Source: Geotalea uraniireducens Rf4 (GTDB taxonomy: Bacteria > Desulfobacterota > Desulfuromonadia > Geobacterales > Geobacteraceae). From it: a DNA stretch of 32,000 nucleotides. This document shows, in pieces, positions 24,350 to 32,000 of this stretch. The stretch covers positions 1,320,001-1,352,000 of the forward strand of contig NC_009483.1 in assembly GCF_000016745.1 (NCBI RefSeq), in the 5' to 3' direction. The notes under the pieces were generated by a model. It ran no database searches. It was not told where the DNA came from and saw nothing but the letters and a program-made list of their open reading frames with translations. Position numbers and translations under genes: made by a program. Numbering within the stretch: position 1 is the first letter of the stretch; each line of letters starts with the position of its first letter.

Positions 24350-24451
24350 GCATGCGTTGACGTGATGTCTCTGCCCCGGGTCCGGGCCTTTCGGCCGTCT
24401 TGACGAACTGAGGGTCGGCCATTTCTCCGGCCGATTGCTACTCCCCTTTAT
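24339..24451 (-). promoter_or_regulatory. yybP-ykoY (Mn2+) riboswitch aptamer
   Basis: The minus strand begins AAAGGGGAGTAGC (24449-24437) and ends GCAAGACCTTTAT (24351-24339), about 100 nt apart. These are the two hallmark conserved blocks of the yybP-ykoY motif as remembered from the L. lactis and B. subtilis sequences. GC-rich helices lie between them. Confidence 0.8.
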
Positions 24452-24461
24452 TAATAGAAAT

Positions 24462-24490
24462 ATAGTAGGCAAAAGAGTCGTACATGTCAA
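24462..24490 (-). promoter_or_regulatory. sigma70 promoter driving the riboswitch-htpX transcript
   Basis: The minus strand reads TTGACA (24490-24485)-N17-TACTAT (24467-24462), about 10 nt upstream of the aptamer. Confidence 0.65.
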
Positions 24491-24533
24491 CTGGTTTTCT
24501 TCGGTTGGGCTGGACGTACTGCCTGAAAAATAA

Positions 24534-25100
24534 TCACGATTCGGTCAAGAGGATTGCATCGGCGATCTGGCGCAGGGATTTTCTTTTATCCATGGCCAGC
24601 TTCTGCATCTTGCGGAAGGCTTCCGGTTCGGAAAGCCCCTGGGTGCGCATCAGGACTCCTTTGGCTTTTTCGATGACCTTTCTGCTTTCGATGGTTTCTT
24701 TCAGATCTTCCACCTGTTCCTTGAGTTCATCGATTTCATGGGCATGGGCAAACGCCAGTTCGATGGCGGGCCAGAGGTCCTGGTCGCGGAACGGCTTGGT
24801 TAAAAATGCGGCAACTCCGACTTCTTTTGCCTTATTGACGGTATCCGGGTCTATGCAGGCCGTGAGCAGGAGGATGGGGATCTTCAGTTTCTTCCTGATT
24901 GCGCGGGCTGCACTGATGCCATCCATTTTCGGCATGGAAACGTCGAGAATGGCTATGTCGGGGAGACGGCTCAGTGCCGACTGGACTGCTGCTTCGCCGT
25001 CGCCGCATTCTATAATTTCACCAAAGCCCAACTCTTTCAGCCTATTTTTTAGGCTCATCCTGATGATCGGCTCATCGTCGCAGATAAGTACAGTTCTCAA
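24534..25100 (-). CDS. ANTAR-domain response regulator (REC + ANTAR RNA-binding antiterminator)
   Basis: REC domain (VLICDDEPI...DIAILDVSMPKMDG...LTKP) and ANTAR domain (ESRKVIEKAKGVLMRTQGLSEPEAFRKMQKLAMDKRKSLRQIADAIL). Confidence 0.9.
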   Translation of the reverse strand: MRTVLICDDEPIIRMSLKNRLKELGFGEIIECGDGEAAVQSALSRLPDIAILDVSMPKMDGISAARAIRKKLKIPILLLTACIDPDTVNKAKEVGVAAFLTKPFRDQDLWPAIELAFAHAHEIDELKEQVEDLKETIESRKVIEKAKGVLMRTQGLSEPEAFRKMQKLAMDKRKSLRQIADAILLTES

Positions 25101-25224
25101 TAAAATTACCGCCTTATGTAGTTATTTTCTTCCATCTGGAATGAATCTACCATATAAAAAGCACGAACCATTCCAATCACGGAGAAGTGATGGTATATAT
25201 CAATATGAAAACAACTGAAGCGGG

Positions 25225-26220
25225 GTGCGTATCGTGAATAGAAGGATTGTCGTCGTCGTTGGCGCCGTAATCGCCATTGCGGCGGCTGCTGCTTACCTGA
25301 TAAACAGTAGTTCCCGCAACCGGAAGGGAACCGTTCATGTTTCGGGCAATATCGAAGTGATTGCCGTGGAGGCGAGCTTCAAGGTGCCCGGCAGGGTGAA
25401 GGAACGCCCGGTCGACGAGGGGGAAATGGTACGTCCCGGCCAGCTCATTGCCAGGCTCGACAGCGAGGATTTTGAACATGAGGTGTCCCGCACCCGGTCT
25501 GAAGCCGAAGCGATGCGGGCGGTGCTGGCCGAACTGGAGGCCGGTTCCCGCCCCGAGGAGATTGCCCAGGCCCGGGCTGCCCTGGCCAGGGCCGAGTCGG
25601 AGGCGAAACGGCTCGATACGGAGTATCGGCGGGAAAAGGCCCTGTTTGCCAAAGAGGTGATACCGCAGCGGGAACTGGATACGGCGCGGACCGCCTATGA
25701 AACGTCACAGGCCGTGGCACGGGAGGCGAGAGAAGCATTCATCCTGGTACGCAAGGGGCCGCGCCGGGAGAGGATCGACCAGGCAAGGGCGCGGCTCCGG
25801 GAGGCGGAAGCCGCGCTGGCACTGGCTCAGACCCGCCTCGGCTACACCACGTTGACCGCGACGCTTGCCGGGCTGGTGCTCTCCAAAAACGTGGAACCGG
25901 GTGAGCAGGTTGCCGCCGGCACGCCGGTCATCACGGTAGGCGACATCAACAACACCTGGCTGCGGGCCTATATCGCCGAAACCGATCTCGGCCGGGTCAA
26001 GGTGGGCCAAAAGGCGCAGGTGACGACGGACACCTGGCCCGGCAAGGTTTATGAGGGGCGGGTGTCGTTTATCTCCCCGGAGGCGGAATTCACGCCGAAG
26101 AACGTCCAGACCGAGAAAGAGCGGGTAAAACTCGTCTATCGGATCAAGATCACCATCCCCAATCCGCAGATGGAGCTGAAGCCGGGAATGCCGGCCGATG
26201 CGGAGATAGAAATCCGTTAG
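25225..26220 (+). CDS. HlyD-family periplasmic adaptor (YbhG-like)
   Basis: N-terminal anchor, a long Ala/Glu/Arg-rich coiled coil, and a beta-barrel C-terminus (LKPGMPADAEIEI). It is the first gene of an ABC-2 operon. The start may be GTG 25234. Confidence 0.88.
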   Translation: MRIVNRRIVVVVGAVIAIAAAAAYLINSSSRNRKGTVHVSGNIEVIAVEASFKVPGRVKERPVDEGEMVRPGQLIARLDSEDFEHEVSRTRSEAEAMRAVLAELEAGSRPEEIAQARAALARAESEAKRLDTEYRREKALFAKEVIPQRELDTARTAYETSQAVAREAREAFILVRKGPRRERIDQARARLREAEAALALAQTRLGYTTLTATLAGLVLSKNVEPGEQVAAGTPVITVGDINNTWLRAYIAETDLGRVKVGQKAQVTTDTWPGKVYEGRVSFISPEAEFTPKNVQTEKERVKLVYRIKITIPNPQMELKPGMPADAEIEIR

Positions 26221-26304
26221 GAGCGAGGAGCGCGGCACGAGGAACGAGGAAGAACTTGATATTTTAGAATATCGAGCCTCGAACCTCGAACCTCGAACCT
26301 CGAA
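26221..26304. repeat. imperfect palindrome whose right arm is (CCTCGAA)x4
   Basis: Left arm ...CACGAGGAACGAGGAAGAAC, AT-rich centre TTGATATTTTAGAATAT, right arm CGAGCCTCGAACCTCGAACCTCGAACCTCGAA. The heptamers span 26277-26304. CGAGG/CCTCG helices are separated by A-A mismatches. Confidence 0.75.
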
Positions 26305-26316
26305 CCTTGGAGATGC

Positions 26317-27240
26317 ATGGACGCCATCAAAACCGACAACCTGACCAAGCGCTTCGATGCCCTCCCTGCCGTGGATGGTCTGACTCTCACTGTGGCCAAA
26401 GGAGAACTGTTCGGCCTGGTCGGCTCGGACGGGGCGGGGAAAACCACCACCATGCGTATGCTTGCCGGGATCATGGAACCGACCTCCGGGGATGCCTGGG
26501 TAATGGGGCGGCATGCGGCGCGGGAAGCGGAGTCCATCAAGGAGGAGATCGGCTACATGAGCCAGCGTTTCGGACTCTATCCCGACCTGACGGTGCTGGA
26601 AAACATCCATTTTTACGCCGACATCTACGGCCTGCCGCAGAAGGGGCGGGAAGCGAAGGTTGACCGCCTCCTCGCCTTCAGCAACCTCACCCCATTCAAA
26701 AAACGCCGGGCAGGGAACCTGTCGGGAGGGATGAAGCAGAAACTGGGGCTTGCCTGCGCCCTCGTTCATACGCCGCAGGTGCTCTTCCTCGACGAGCCGA
26801 CCAACGGCGTGGACCCGGTCTCCCGTCGCGATTTCTGGCGCATCCTCTATCAACTGCTCAAGGAAGGGGTGACCATCATCGTGACCACCGCCTATCTGGA
26901 CGAGGCGGACCGTTGCAACCGGGTGGGGCTCATTCACAAGGGGAAATTACTTGCCTGCGATGCGCCGCAGGAGCTGAAGAAGCTCATGCCGGGCGCAATT
27001 CTCGAAATCAGGAGCGGCGATGCCCGTCGTAGCTTGCGTTTGCTGCGTGAGAGGCTTGCCGGTGTCTCCGTGGGCCTCTTCGGCGACCGGTTGCACCTTG
27101 TGACCGGCGACCCGGACGGTGTGCTGGCATTGGTGCCGGACATCATGCGTCAGGACGGGATTGATCTCTTCGACATCCGCCGGATCGAGCCAAGCCTGGA
27201 GGATGTGTTCGTTTCCGTCTTGTCGGGAGGGAAGGAGTGA
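26317..27240 (+). CDS. ABC transporter ATP-binding protein (ABC-2/YbhF-type, first of two)
   Basis: Walker A GSDGAGKTT, signature LSGGMKQKL and Walker B LFLDEPTNGVD. Confidence 0.92.
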   Translation: MDAIKTDNLTKRFDALPAVDGLTLTVAKGELFGLVGSDGAGKTTTMRMLAGIMEPTSGDAWVMGRHAAREAESIKEEIGYMSQRFGLYPDLTVLENIHFYADIYGLPQKGREAKVDRLLAFSNLTPFKKRRAGNLSGGMKQKLGLACALVHTPQVLFLDEPTNGVDPVSRRDFWRILYQLLKEGVTIIVTTAYLDEADRCNRVGLIHKGKLLACDAPQELKKLMPGAILEIRSGDARRSLRLLRERLAGVSVGLFGDRLHLVTGDPDGVLALVPDIMRQDGIDLFDIRRIEPSLEDVFVSVLSGGKE

Positions 27241-28214
27241 TGGGCTCGGGCAACAATGACTTCGCCGTCTCCCTTCGCGACCTGGAGAAGCGCTTCGGCG
27301 ACTTCATCGCCGTCAACAAGGTCAGTCTGGACGTGCGGAAAGGGGAGATATTCGGTTTCCTGGGTCCCAACGGCGCGGGGAAATCCACCACCATCCGCAT
27401 GCTCTGCGGCATTCTGCTTCCCACTGCCGGGGCCGGGACTGTTGCCGGTTTCGATATCGTCCACCAGCCTGAGGAGATCAAGAAAAACATCGGCTACATG
27501 AGCCAGCGCTTTTCCCTCTACGAAGACCTCACCGTCGAGGAGAACATCGATTTTTACAGCGGCATCTACAAGATACCGGCAGAGAAGAAAAGGTTGCGCA
27601 AGGATTGGGTGATCGGGATGGCCGGGCTGGAAGAGCATCGCAGTTCCCTGACCTCCACCCTTTCCGGCGGTTGGAAGCAGCGGCTGGCCCTTGGCTGCGC
27701 CATCCTTCACGAGCCGCCGATCATTTTTCTCGACGAGCCGACATCCGGGGTCGATCCGATCAGCCGCCGCAATTTCTGGGACCTGATCTACAGAATGGCG
27801 GGGGAGGGGGTCACGGTTTTCGTGACCACCCACTACATGGACGAAGCGGAATATTGCGACCGCCTCGGGCTCATCTATCGCGGTGAACTGATCGCCTTGG
27901 GGACGCCGACCGAGCTGAAAACCCGCTTCATGGCGGAAGAGGTCGTCGAGGTGGCCTGTGATTGCGCCCAGGAGATGATGGATGATATCGAGGCTTTGCC
28001 GGGGGTGAAGCATGCAGCCATGTTCGGCAAGGGGTTGCACGTGGTCACGGAAGACGCAGTGCGGGCGATTTCTGCAATGGCGACGCTGTTGGCCGAGAGG
28101 GGGGTATCCGTAGAACGGCTGGAAAAAATCACCCCCTCGCTGGAAGACGTTTTCGTTTCGCTCATCGAGGCCCGCGACCGGCAGGAAGCGCCGCAACGGG
28201 AGTTCAGCAGATAA
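27240..28214 (+). CDS. ABC transporter ATP-binding protein (ABC-2/YbhF-type, second)
   Basis: Walker A GPNGAGKST, signature LSGGWKQRL and Walker B IFLDEPTSGVD. The ATG at 27240 overlaps the previous TGA (TGATG). A GTG at 27237 is also possible. Confidence 0.92.
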   Translation: MGSGNNDFAVSLRDLEKRFGDFIAVNKVSLDVRKGEIFGFLGPNGAGKSTTIRMLCGILLPTAGAGTVAGFDIVHQPEEIKKNIGYMSQRFSLYEDLTVEENIDFYSGIYKIPAEKKRLRKDWVIGMAGLEEHRSSLTSTLSGGWKQRLALGCAILHEPPIIFLDEPTSGVDPISRRNFWDLIYRMAGEGVTVFVTTHYMDEAEYCDRLGLIYRGELIALGTPTELKTRFMAEEVVEVACDCAQEMMDDIEALPGVKHAAMFGKGLHVVTEDAVRAISAMATLLAERGVSVERLEKITPSLEDVFVSLIEARDRQEAPQREFSR

Positions 28215-28270
28215 TGTTGGAATCTGCCACTGTAGATAAATAGAATCGGTAAAAATCCTAAAATCTCTGA

Positions 28271-28418
28271 ACCGCAAAGGACCCAAAGGGCCTAAAGCGC
28301 GAAGAACGCAAAGAACACCAATCAGAAAATCTTTTTTATGATTCTAAATCGAAATAAAGAAGCTTTTTTGATTTTCTTGGCGTCCTTTGCGTTTTAGGCC
28401 CTTTGAGTCCTTTGCGGT
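28271..28418. repeat. 148-bp imperfect palindrome built from CGCAAAG/GGACNCAAAGG words
   Basis: Left arm ACCGCAAAGGACCCAAAGGGCCTAAAGCGCGAAGAACGCAAAGAA (28271-28315). The reverse complement of the right arm (28374-28418) is ACCGCAAAGGACTCAAAGGGCCTAAAACGCAAAGGACGCCAAGAA, giving 40 of 45 matches. The centre is AT-rich. Confidence 0.8.
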
Positions 28419-28467
28419 GAAAAGGTTTTGTCTTTCCACCATGTCTTTGACGTGGCAAAGAGGGTAT

Positions 28468-29601
28468 ATGAAGATTCAGCGCATAAGAGCCATTGCCAAA
28501 AAGGAGTTTCTCCATGTCTTCCGCGACTGGCGGAGTCTCGGCATGGGGATCGCCATTCCGATGGTGATGCTGTTCCTCTTCGGTTATGCCCTCACCCTCG
28601 ATGTGGATCGGGTGCCGCTGGTCGTTTGGGACCAGAGCAACACCCCGGCGAGCCGCGAGCTGTTGAGCGGGTTCACCGGCTCCCGCTACTTTGCCCTTCA
28701 GCGCCACGCCACCAGCTACCGGGAGATCGAACATGCCATCGATAACCGTTCCGCGCTCATCGCCCTTATCATCCCCCACGACTTCGCCCGCGTCATCGAA
28801 GCAGGGCGGACGGCGCCGGTGCAGGCCATCCTCGACGGGAGCGATCCCAATACCGCCACCATTGCCCTCGGTTATGCCGAGGCGGTGACCGGCGGCTACT
28901 CCCGCTCGGTTGCTCTGGAGCAGATCGGACGGATGGGGATGACGCCACCCCGGACCATGATCGACGTGCGGCCACGGGTCTGGTTCAACGCCGACATGAC
29001 TTCGCGGGACTATATCTTCCCCGGCCTGATCGCCATCATCATGATGGTCATCGCGGCGCTCCTCACCTCCCTGACCGTTGCACGGGAGTGGGAAACGGGC
29101 ACCATGGAGCAGCTCATCGCCACCCCCCTCACGGGGCCGGAGCTGATCATCGGCAAGCTCGCCCCGTACTTCGCCATCGGCATCCTCGACCTGGTCCTCT
29201 GCGTGATCGTCGGCCAGCTCTGCTTCAATATCCCGCTACGCGGCAGCCTCTTGCTCCTTTTTGCCATGTCGCTCATCTTCCTCGTCGGTGCGCTGGGGCT
29301 CGGGATACTGATCAGCATTGTCGCCAAGAGCCAGCTTGTCGCCTCCCAGGTCGCACTGGTGGTGACCATGCTGCCGGCGTTTCTCCTCTCCGGCTTCATC
29401 TTTCCCATTGCCAACATGCCGCTGCCGATTCAATGGGTGACGTACATCATCACGGCCCGTTACTTCGTGGCAATACTGCGCGGCATTTACCTGAAGGACG
29501 TGGGGCTCGACATCCTGGCCGGCGAGGCGGGGTTTCTGGCCGGTTTCAGCGTGGTGGTGCTGACCCTGGCGATCAGAAAATTCAGGAAGAGGATCGAATG
29601 A
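28468..29601 (+). CDS. ABC-2 family transporter permease (YbhS-like)
   Basis: MKIQRIRAIAKKEFLHVFRDWRSLG aligns with the N-terminus of the paralogue at 29830. It has a periplasmic loop followed by six TM helices. AGAGGG RBS. The track start at 28387 lies inside the palindrome and is rejected. Confidence 0.9.
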   Translation: MKIQRIRAIAKKEFLHVFRDWRSLGMGIAIPMVMLFLFGYALTLDVDRVPLVVWDQSNTPASRELLSGFTGSRYFALQRHATSYREIEHAIDNRSALIALIIPHDFARVIEAGRTAPVQAILDGSDPNTATIALGYAEAVTGGYSRSVALEQIGRMGMTPPRTMIDVRPRVWFNADMTSRDYIFPGLIAIIMMVIAALLTSLTVAREWETGTMEQLIATPLTGPELIIGKLAPYFAIGILDLVLCVIVGQLCFNIPLRGSLLLLFAMSLIFLVGALGLGILISIVAKSQLVASQVALVVTMLPAFLLSGFIFPIANMPLPIQWVTYIITARYFVAILRGIYLKDVGLDILAGEAGFLAGFSVVVLTLAIRKFRKRIE

Positions 29602-29618
29602 ATTTCAATAAAAGGTTT

Positions 29619-29798
29619 GCCACAAGACACAGAGAACACCTTAAGCCAATAGAACGCAGAAACGGCGGAAAAAGAGGAAGAAGCGGATTTGTAAAACAAC
29701 AAATAATGGTTTTTTATCCGCAGTGATCCTCAGTTTCCGGTTTTTCTGCGTTCCATCAGGTTTTTGAATTTGGTTCTGCCTTTCTCTGTGCCTGTGGC
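29619..29798. repeat. 180-bp imperfect palindrome built from CACAGAGAA/CGCAGAAA words
   Basis: GCCACAAGACACAGAGAA (29619-29636) pairs with TTCTCTGTGCCTGTGGC (29782-29798). GAACGCAGAAACGGCGGAAA pairs with TTTCCGGTTTTTCTGCGTTC. GCGGAT pairs with ATCCGC around an AT-rich centre. Confidence 0.8.
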
Positions 29799-29829
29799 AG
29801 AAGGGCCTTTTCATTGAATAGAGGTTGTA

Positions 29830-30960
29830 ATGTTAGAACGCCTGAGGACCATGCTCGTCAAGGAATTCATCCAGGTATTTCGCGACCCGCGGATGCGTTT
29901 CCTCCTCTTCCTCGTTCCGGCTGTGCAGACCGTGATCTTCGGCTATGCGGTCAACACCGACGTGCGGCACGTGGCAACGGCGGTCTATGACCTGGACAAC
30001 AGCCGGGAGAGCAGGGAGCTCGTCGCCCGCTTCGTCCGGTCGGGCTATTTCGACGTTACGGAGTACGTAAGCAGTGACCGGCGGGTGCGGGAACTGGTGG
30101 ACCGTGGGAATGTGAAGGCTGTGCTCCGGATGAACAGCGGGTTTGCACGGACTCTTGCTGCGGAAAGGTCTGCGCCGGTGCAATTGGTCCTCGACGGCAC
30201 CGATTCCAATACCGCTGCCATCGTTCTCAGCCATGCGGGGCGGATAGCCGCCCGTTATACAGAGGACCTCCAGGCGGAGCAGGTGGCCGGAATGATTGGC
30301 CGGCAGCCGCGTCTCGGCGGGGTGCGGCTCGAGAGCCGTGCCTGGTTCAACGACAACCTGGAGAGCCGCAACTTCTACGTGCCGGCGGTGATCACCAACA
30401 TCGTCTTCATCATCACCATGCTCCTTTCGAGCATGGCGGTGGTGCGGGAGAAGGAGATCGGCACCATGGAGCAGATCATCGTTACCCCGATCACGAAGAG
30501 CGAGTTCATTCTCGGCAAGACGATCCCCTTTGTCCTGATCGGCTTCATCGACGTGGGACTTATTTCCGCTGTGGCCGCCTTCTGGTTCCAGGTCCCGATG
30601 CGGGGGAGCATCCCGCTCCTGTTCGGCGCCACGGCATTATTCCTCATGAGCTCCCTCGGCATCGGCCTGCTCATCTCGACGGTGAGCCGCACCCAGCAGC
30701 AGGCGATGATGAGCGCCTTCTTCGTCATCTTTCCAGCCATGCTCCTGTCCGGTTTTGCCTTTCCCATCGAAAACATGCCGCCGGCGGTCCAGTGGCTCAC
30801 CTACCTGAATCCGATCCGTTATTTCCTCGTCATCATCCGTGGGATTTTTCTCAAAGGGGTTGGTGTTGATATCCTTTGGCCGCAATTATCGGCCCTTGCC
30901 ATTCTTGGAAGCATTATCCTCTTCTTTGCCGTGCAGCGTTTCCACAAGACCTTAAGCTAA
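29830..30960 (+). CDS. ABC-2 family transporter permease (YbhR-like)
   Basis: MLERLRTMLVKEFIQVFRDPRMRF... is a paralogue of the preceding permease with the same topology pattern. Confidence 0.9.
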   Translation: MLERLRTMLVKEFIQVFRDPRMRFLLFLVPAVQTVIFGYAVNTDVRHVATAVYDLDNSRESRELVARFVRSGYFDVTEYVSSDRRVRELVDRGNVKAVLRMNSGFARTLAAERSAPVQLVLDGTDSNTAAIVLSHAGRIAARYTEDLQAEQVAGMIGRQPRLGGVRLESRAWFNDNLESRNFYVPAVITNIVFIITMLLSSMAVVREKEIGTMEQIIVTPITKSEFILGKTIPFVLIGFIDVGLISAVAAFWFQVPMRGSIPLLFGATALFLMSSLGIGLLISTVSRTQQQAMMSAFFVIFPAMLLSGFAFPIENMPPAVQWLTYLNPIRYFLVIIRGIFLKGVGVDILWPQLSALAILGSIILFFAVQRFHKTLS

Positions 30961-31155
30961 CCGTCACGCCTGTCAACGCACTCTCCATGTCATCTTTTTC
31001 CGTTCGTAACGGAATATGTCCGCTTCAAAATAGATAGCGCTGTTAAATCAAAATGTTAGCATTGATTTTGTTTGTTCGTGTTGTTTGCGAATAATTTGCA
31101 GTATGCTACAATGGTTTAATAAAAATAGCCTAATGTTTTGTGACGGAGAAAACCT

Positions 31156-32000
31156 ATGCCGCGGCTAAGTCCAAGAATCATTGCTACCGTTCCTGCAACG
31201 CTCGACACGCCATCTTCAAAAATCGAGATGGTAATTACCGACCTCGGCCTGAACGGCGCTTATCTCAGGGCGCACTCTCCCTTCCCCGGCAAGAAACTGG
31301 GCGTGGATACCCCGGTTTTGCTGCAATATAACCTCTTCGGGAAAGGACTTTTTGAGCATCGTGGAAATATAATAAGGAAGGATAACGCCGGTTATGCCGT
31401 GAATTTTCCCGGGCTCGATTTTGCCACAAAACGCAAGCTTTGGGAGTTTATCGTCGACAATCTGTCCGATGTGCACGAGTGCCCATTTTGCGGCGAGAGT
31501 TACATCACGATGCCGACCACATGCAAAAGATGCGGCTGGGAACTCAATTTCAACCCTCCGGAGTATTTCAACTACTATGAAAAGAACTGCACGATCAAGA
31601 AATTGCATGAAAGACTGTCCGGCCTGGATATAGAGCAGTTACAGAAAATCGTCAATTTTATCGACATCGATATTGCAAAGGTTATGGGGAGTGAGGAAAT
31701 TCAGGAATTTGTCGGCACAGGCAACGCCATGCTGGAAGTGTTCGCCAATATCAGGAAGGTGGCTCCTACCGACCTCACCGTCTTGGTCCTGGGAGAAAGC
31801 GGCACCGGCAAGGAACTGACAGCCCAGGCAATTCACGATCGGAGTACTCGCAAGGACAAACCCTTCGTAGCGATAAACTGTGCTGCAATTCCGGACAATC
31901 TCCTCGAAGCGGAACTTTTCGGCTATGAAAAGGGGGCGTTTACCGGGGCGCACATCAGCAAAAAGGGGAAATTTGAATTTGCGGACAACGGGACCATTTT
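31156..32000 (+). CDS. sigma-54-dependent transcriptional activator with N-terminal PilZ-like domain and zinc ribbon (5' partial, runs off the window)
   Basis: ATG 31156 follows a GGAG RBS. RLSPR...DLGLNGAYL fits the PilZ RxxxR / DxSxxG pattern. CPFCG...CKRCG forms a zinc ribbon. The AAA+ domain shows Walker A GESGTGKE and [13 protein letters not shown] (GAFTGA loop). The ORF is absent from the track because it has no stop in the window. Confidence 0.88.
   Translation, partial: MPRLSPRIIATVPATLDTPSSKIEMVITDLGLNGAYLRAHSPFPGKKLGVDTPVLLQYNLFGKGLFEHRGNIIRKDNAGYAVNFPGLDFATKRKLWEFIVDNLSDVHECPFCGESYITMPTTCKRCGWELNFNPPEYFNYYEKNCTIKKLHERLSGLDIEQLQKIVNFIDIDIAKVMGSEEIQEFVGTGNAMLEVFANIRKVAPTDLTVLVLGESGTGKELTAQAIHDRSTRKDKPFVAINCAAIPDNLLEAELFGYEKGAFTGAHISKKGKFEFADNGTI

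Noticed and set aside
23568-24422. 284-aa minus-strand ORF overlapping htpX and the leader
   Set aside because: It is an alternative frame of htpX with extreme Arg/His/Pro/Gly content. It runs through the riboswitch and terminator, whereas the htpX frame has the HExxH motif and an RBS.
24484-25218. 244-aa plus-strand ORF
   Set aside because: It is antisense to the ANTAR response regulator, Ser-rich and low-complexity, with no motifs.
26277-26304. Possible CRISPR or coding repeat
   Set aside because: These are four contiguous 7-bp units without spacers, in an intergenic gap. They are far too short and tandem for CRISPR. I treat them as an arm of a palindromic element.
25705-28286. 410-aa and 378-aa minus-strand ORFs (25705-26937, 27150-28286)
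   Set aside because: They are antisense to the HlyD and ABC ATPase genes, which carry clear Walker/signature motifs. They are Arg/Pro/Gly/His-rich shadow ORFs.
30961-31155. Possible fifth word-repeat palindrome (ttcgtgttgtttgcgaa) and a terminator hairpin TTCCGTT-cgt-AACGGAA
   Set aside because: Only short, weak pairing is present, with no extended arms. The TTGCGA-N16-TACAAT promoter-like sequence is plausible but too uncertain to list as a feature.

Overview
This is a GC-rich chromosomal window that looks Geobacter/Desulfuromonadales-like. That placement is an inference from gene content and a Geobacter-type LexA box. All calls rest on motif recognition by eye; no searches were run.

Content, left to right:
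1. 1-2800: a decaying cell-surface locus. It holds the 3' end of a repeat/dockerin-like protein with a frameshift, a lipoprotein, a small ORF, a frameshifted hemolysin-like/BACON-like gene and an MBG-domain remnant.
2. 2798-3971 (minus strand): a hypothetical gene and sfsA.
3. 4027-8076 (minus): a four-gene group-3b-type (sulfhydrogenase-like) NiFe hydrogenase operon in beta-gamma-delta-alpha order.
4. 8358-13586 (minus): a marR-MFP-ABC ATPase-FtsX permease-TolC efflux operon.
5. 13806-14402 (plus): a PAP2 phosphatase.
6. 14448-20798 (minus): an SOS locus, lexA-orf93 ... dinB. It is split by about 4 kb of accessory genes: YefM-PIN, VapBC, an R-M-like module and HEPN-MNT. The R-M-like module has a stand-alone BsuBI/PstI-type catalytic domain facing a C-protein-like HTH gene and a small AT-rich PD-(D/E)xK gene. 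No methyltransferase is present.
7. 20944-24490: a CNNM/TlyC-type gene, then terC and htpX behind a yybP-ykoY (Mn2+) riboswitch with its own promoter and terminator platform.
8. 24534-25100 (minus): an ANTAR response regulator.
9. 25225-30960 (plus): a ybhGFSR-like HlyD/ABC-2 operon.
10. 31156 onward (plus): the 5' part of a PilZ-Zn-ribbon-sigma54 activator.

Two things stand out. The first is the C-box-controlled, methylase-less dual-nuclease module inside a TA-rich islet that interrupts the lexA-dinB unit. The second is a set of long imperfect palindromes built from short word repeats. These occupy intra-operon gene junctions in the hydrogenase operon and at every junction of the ABC-2 operon.
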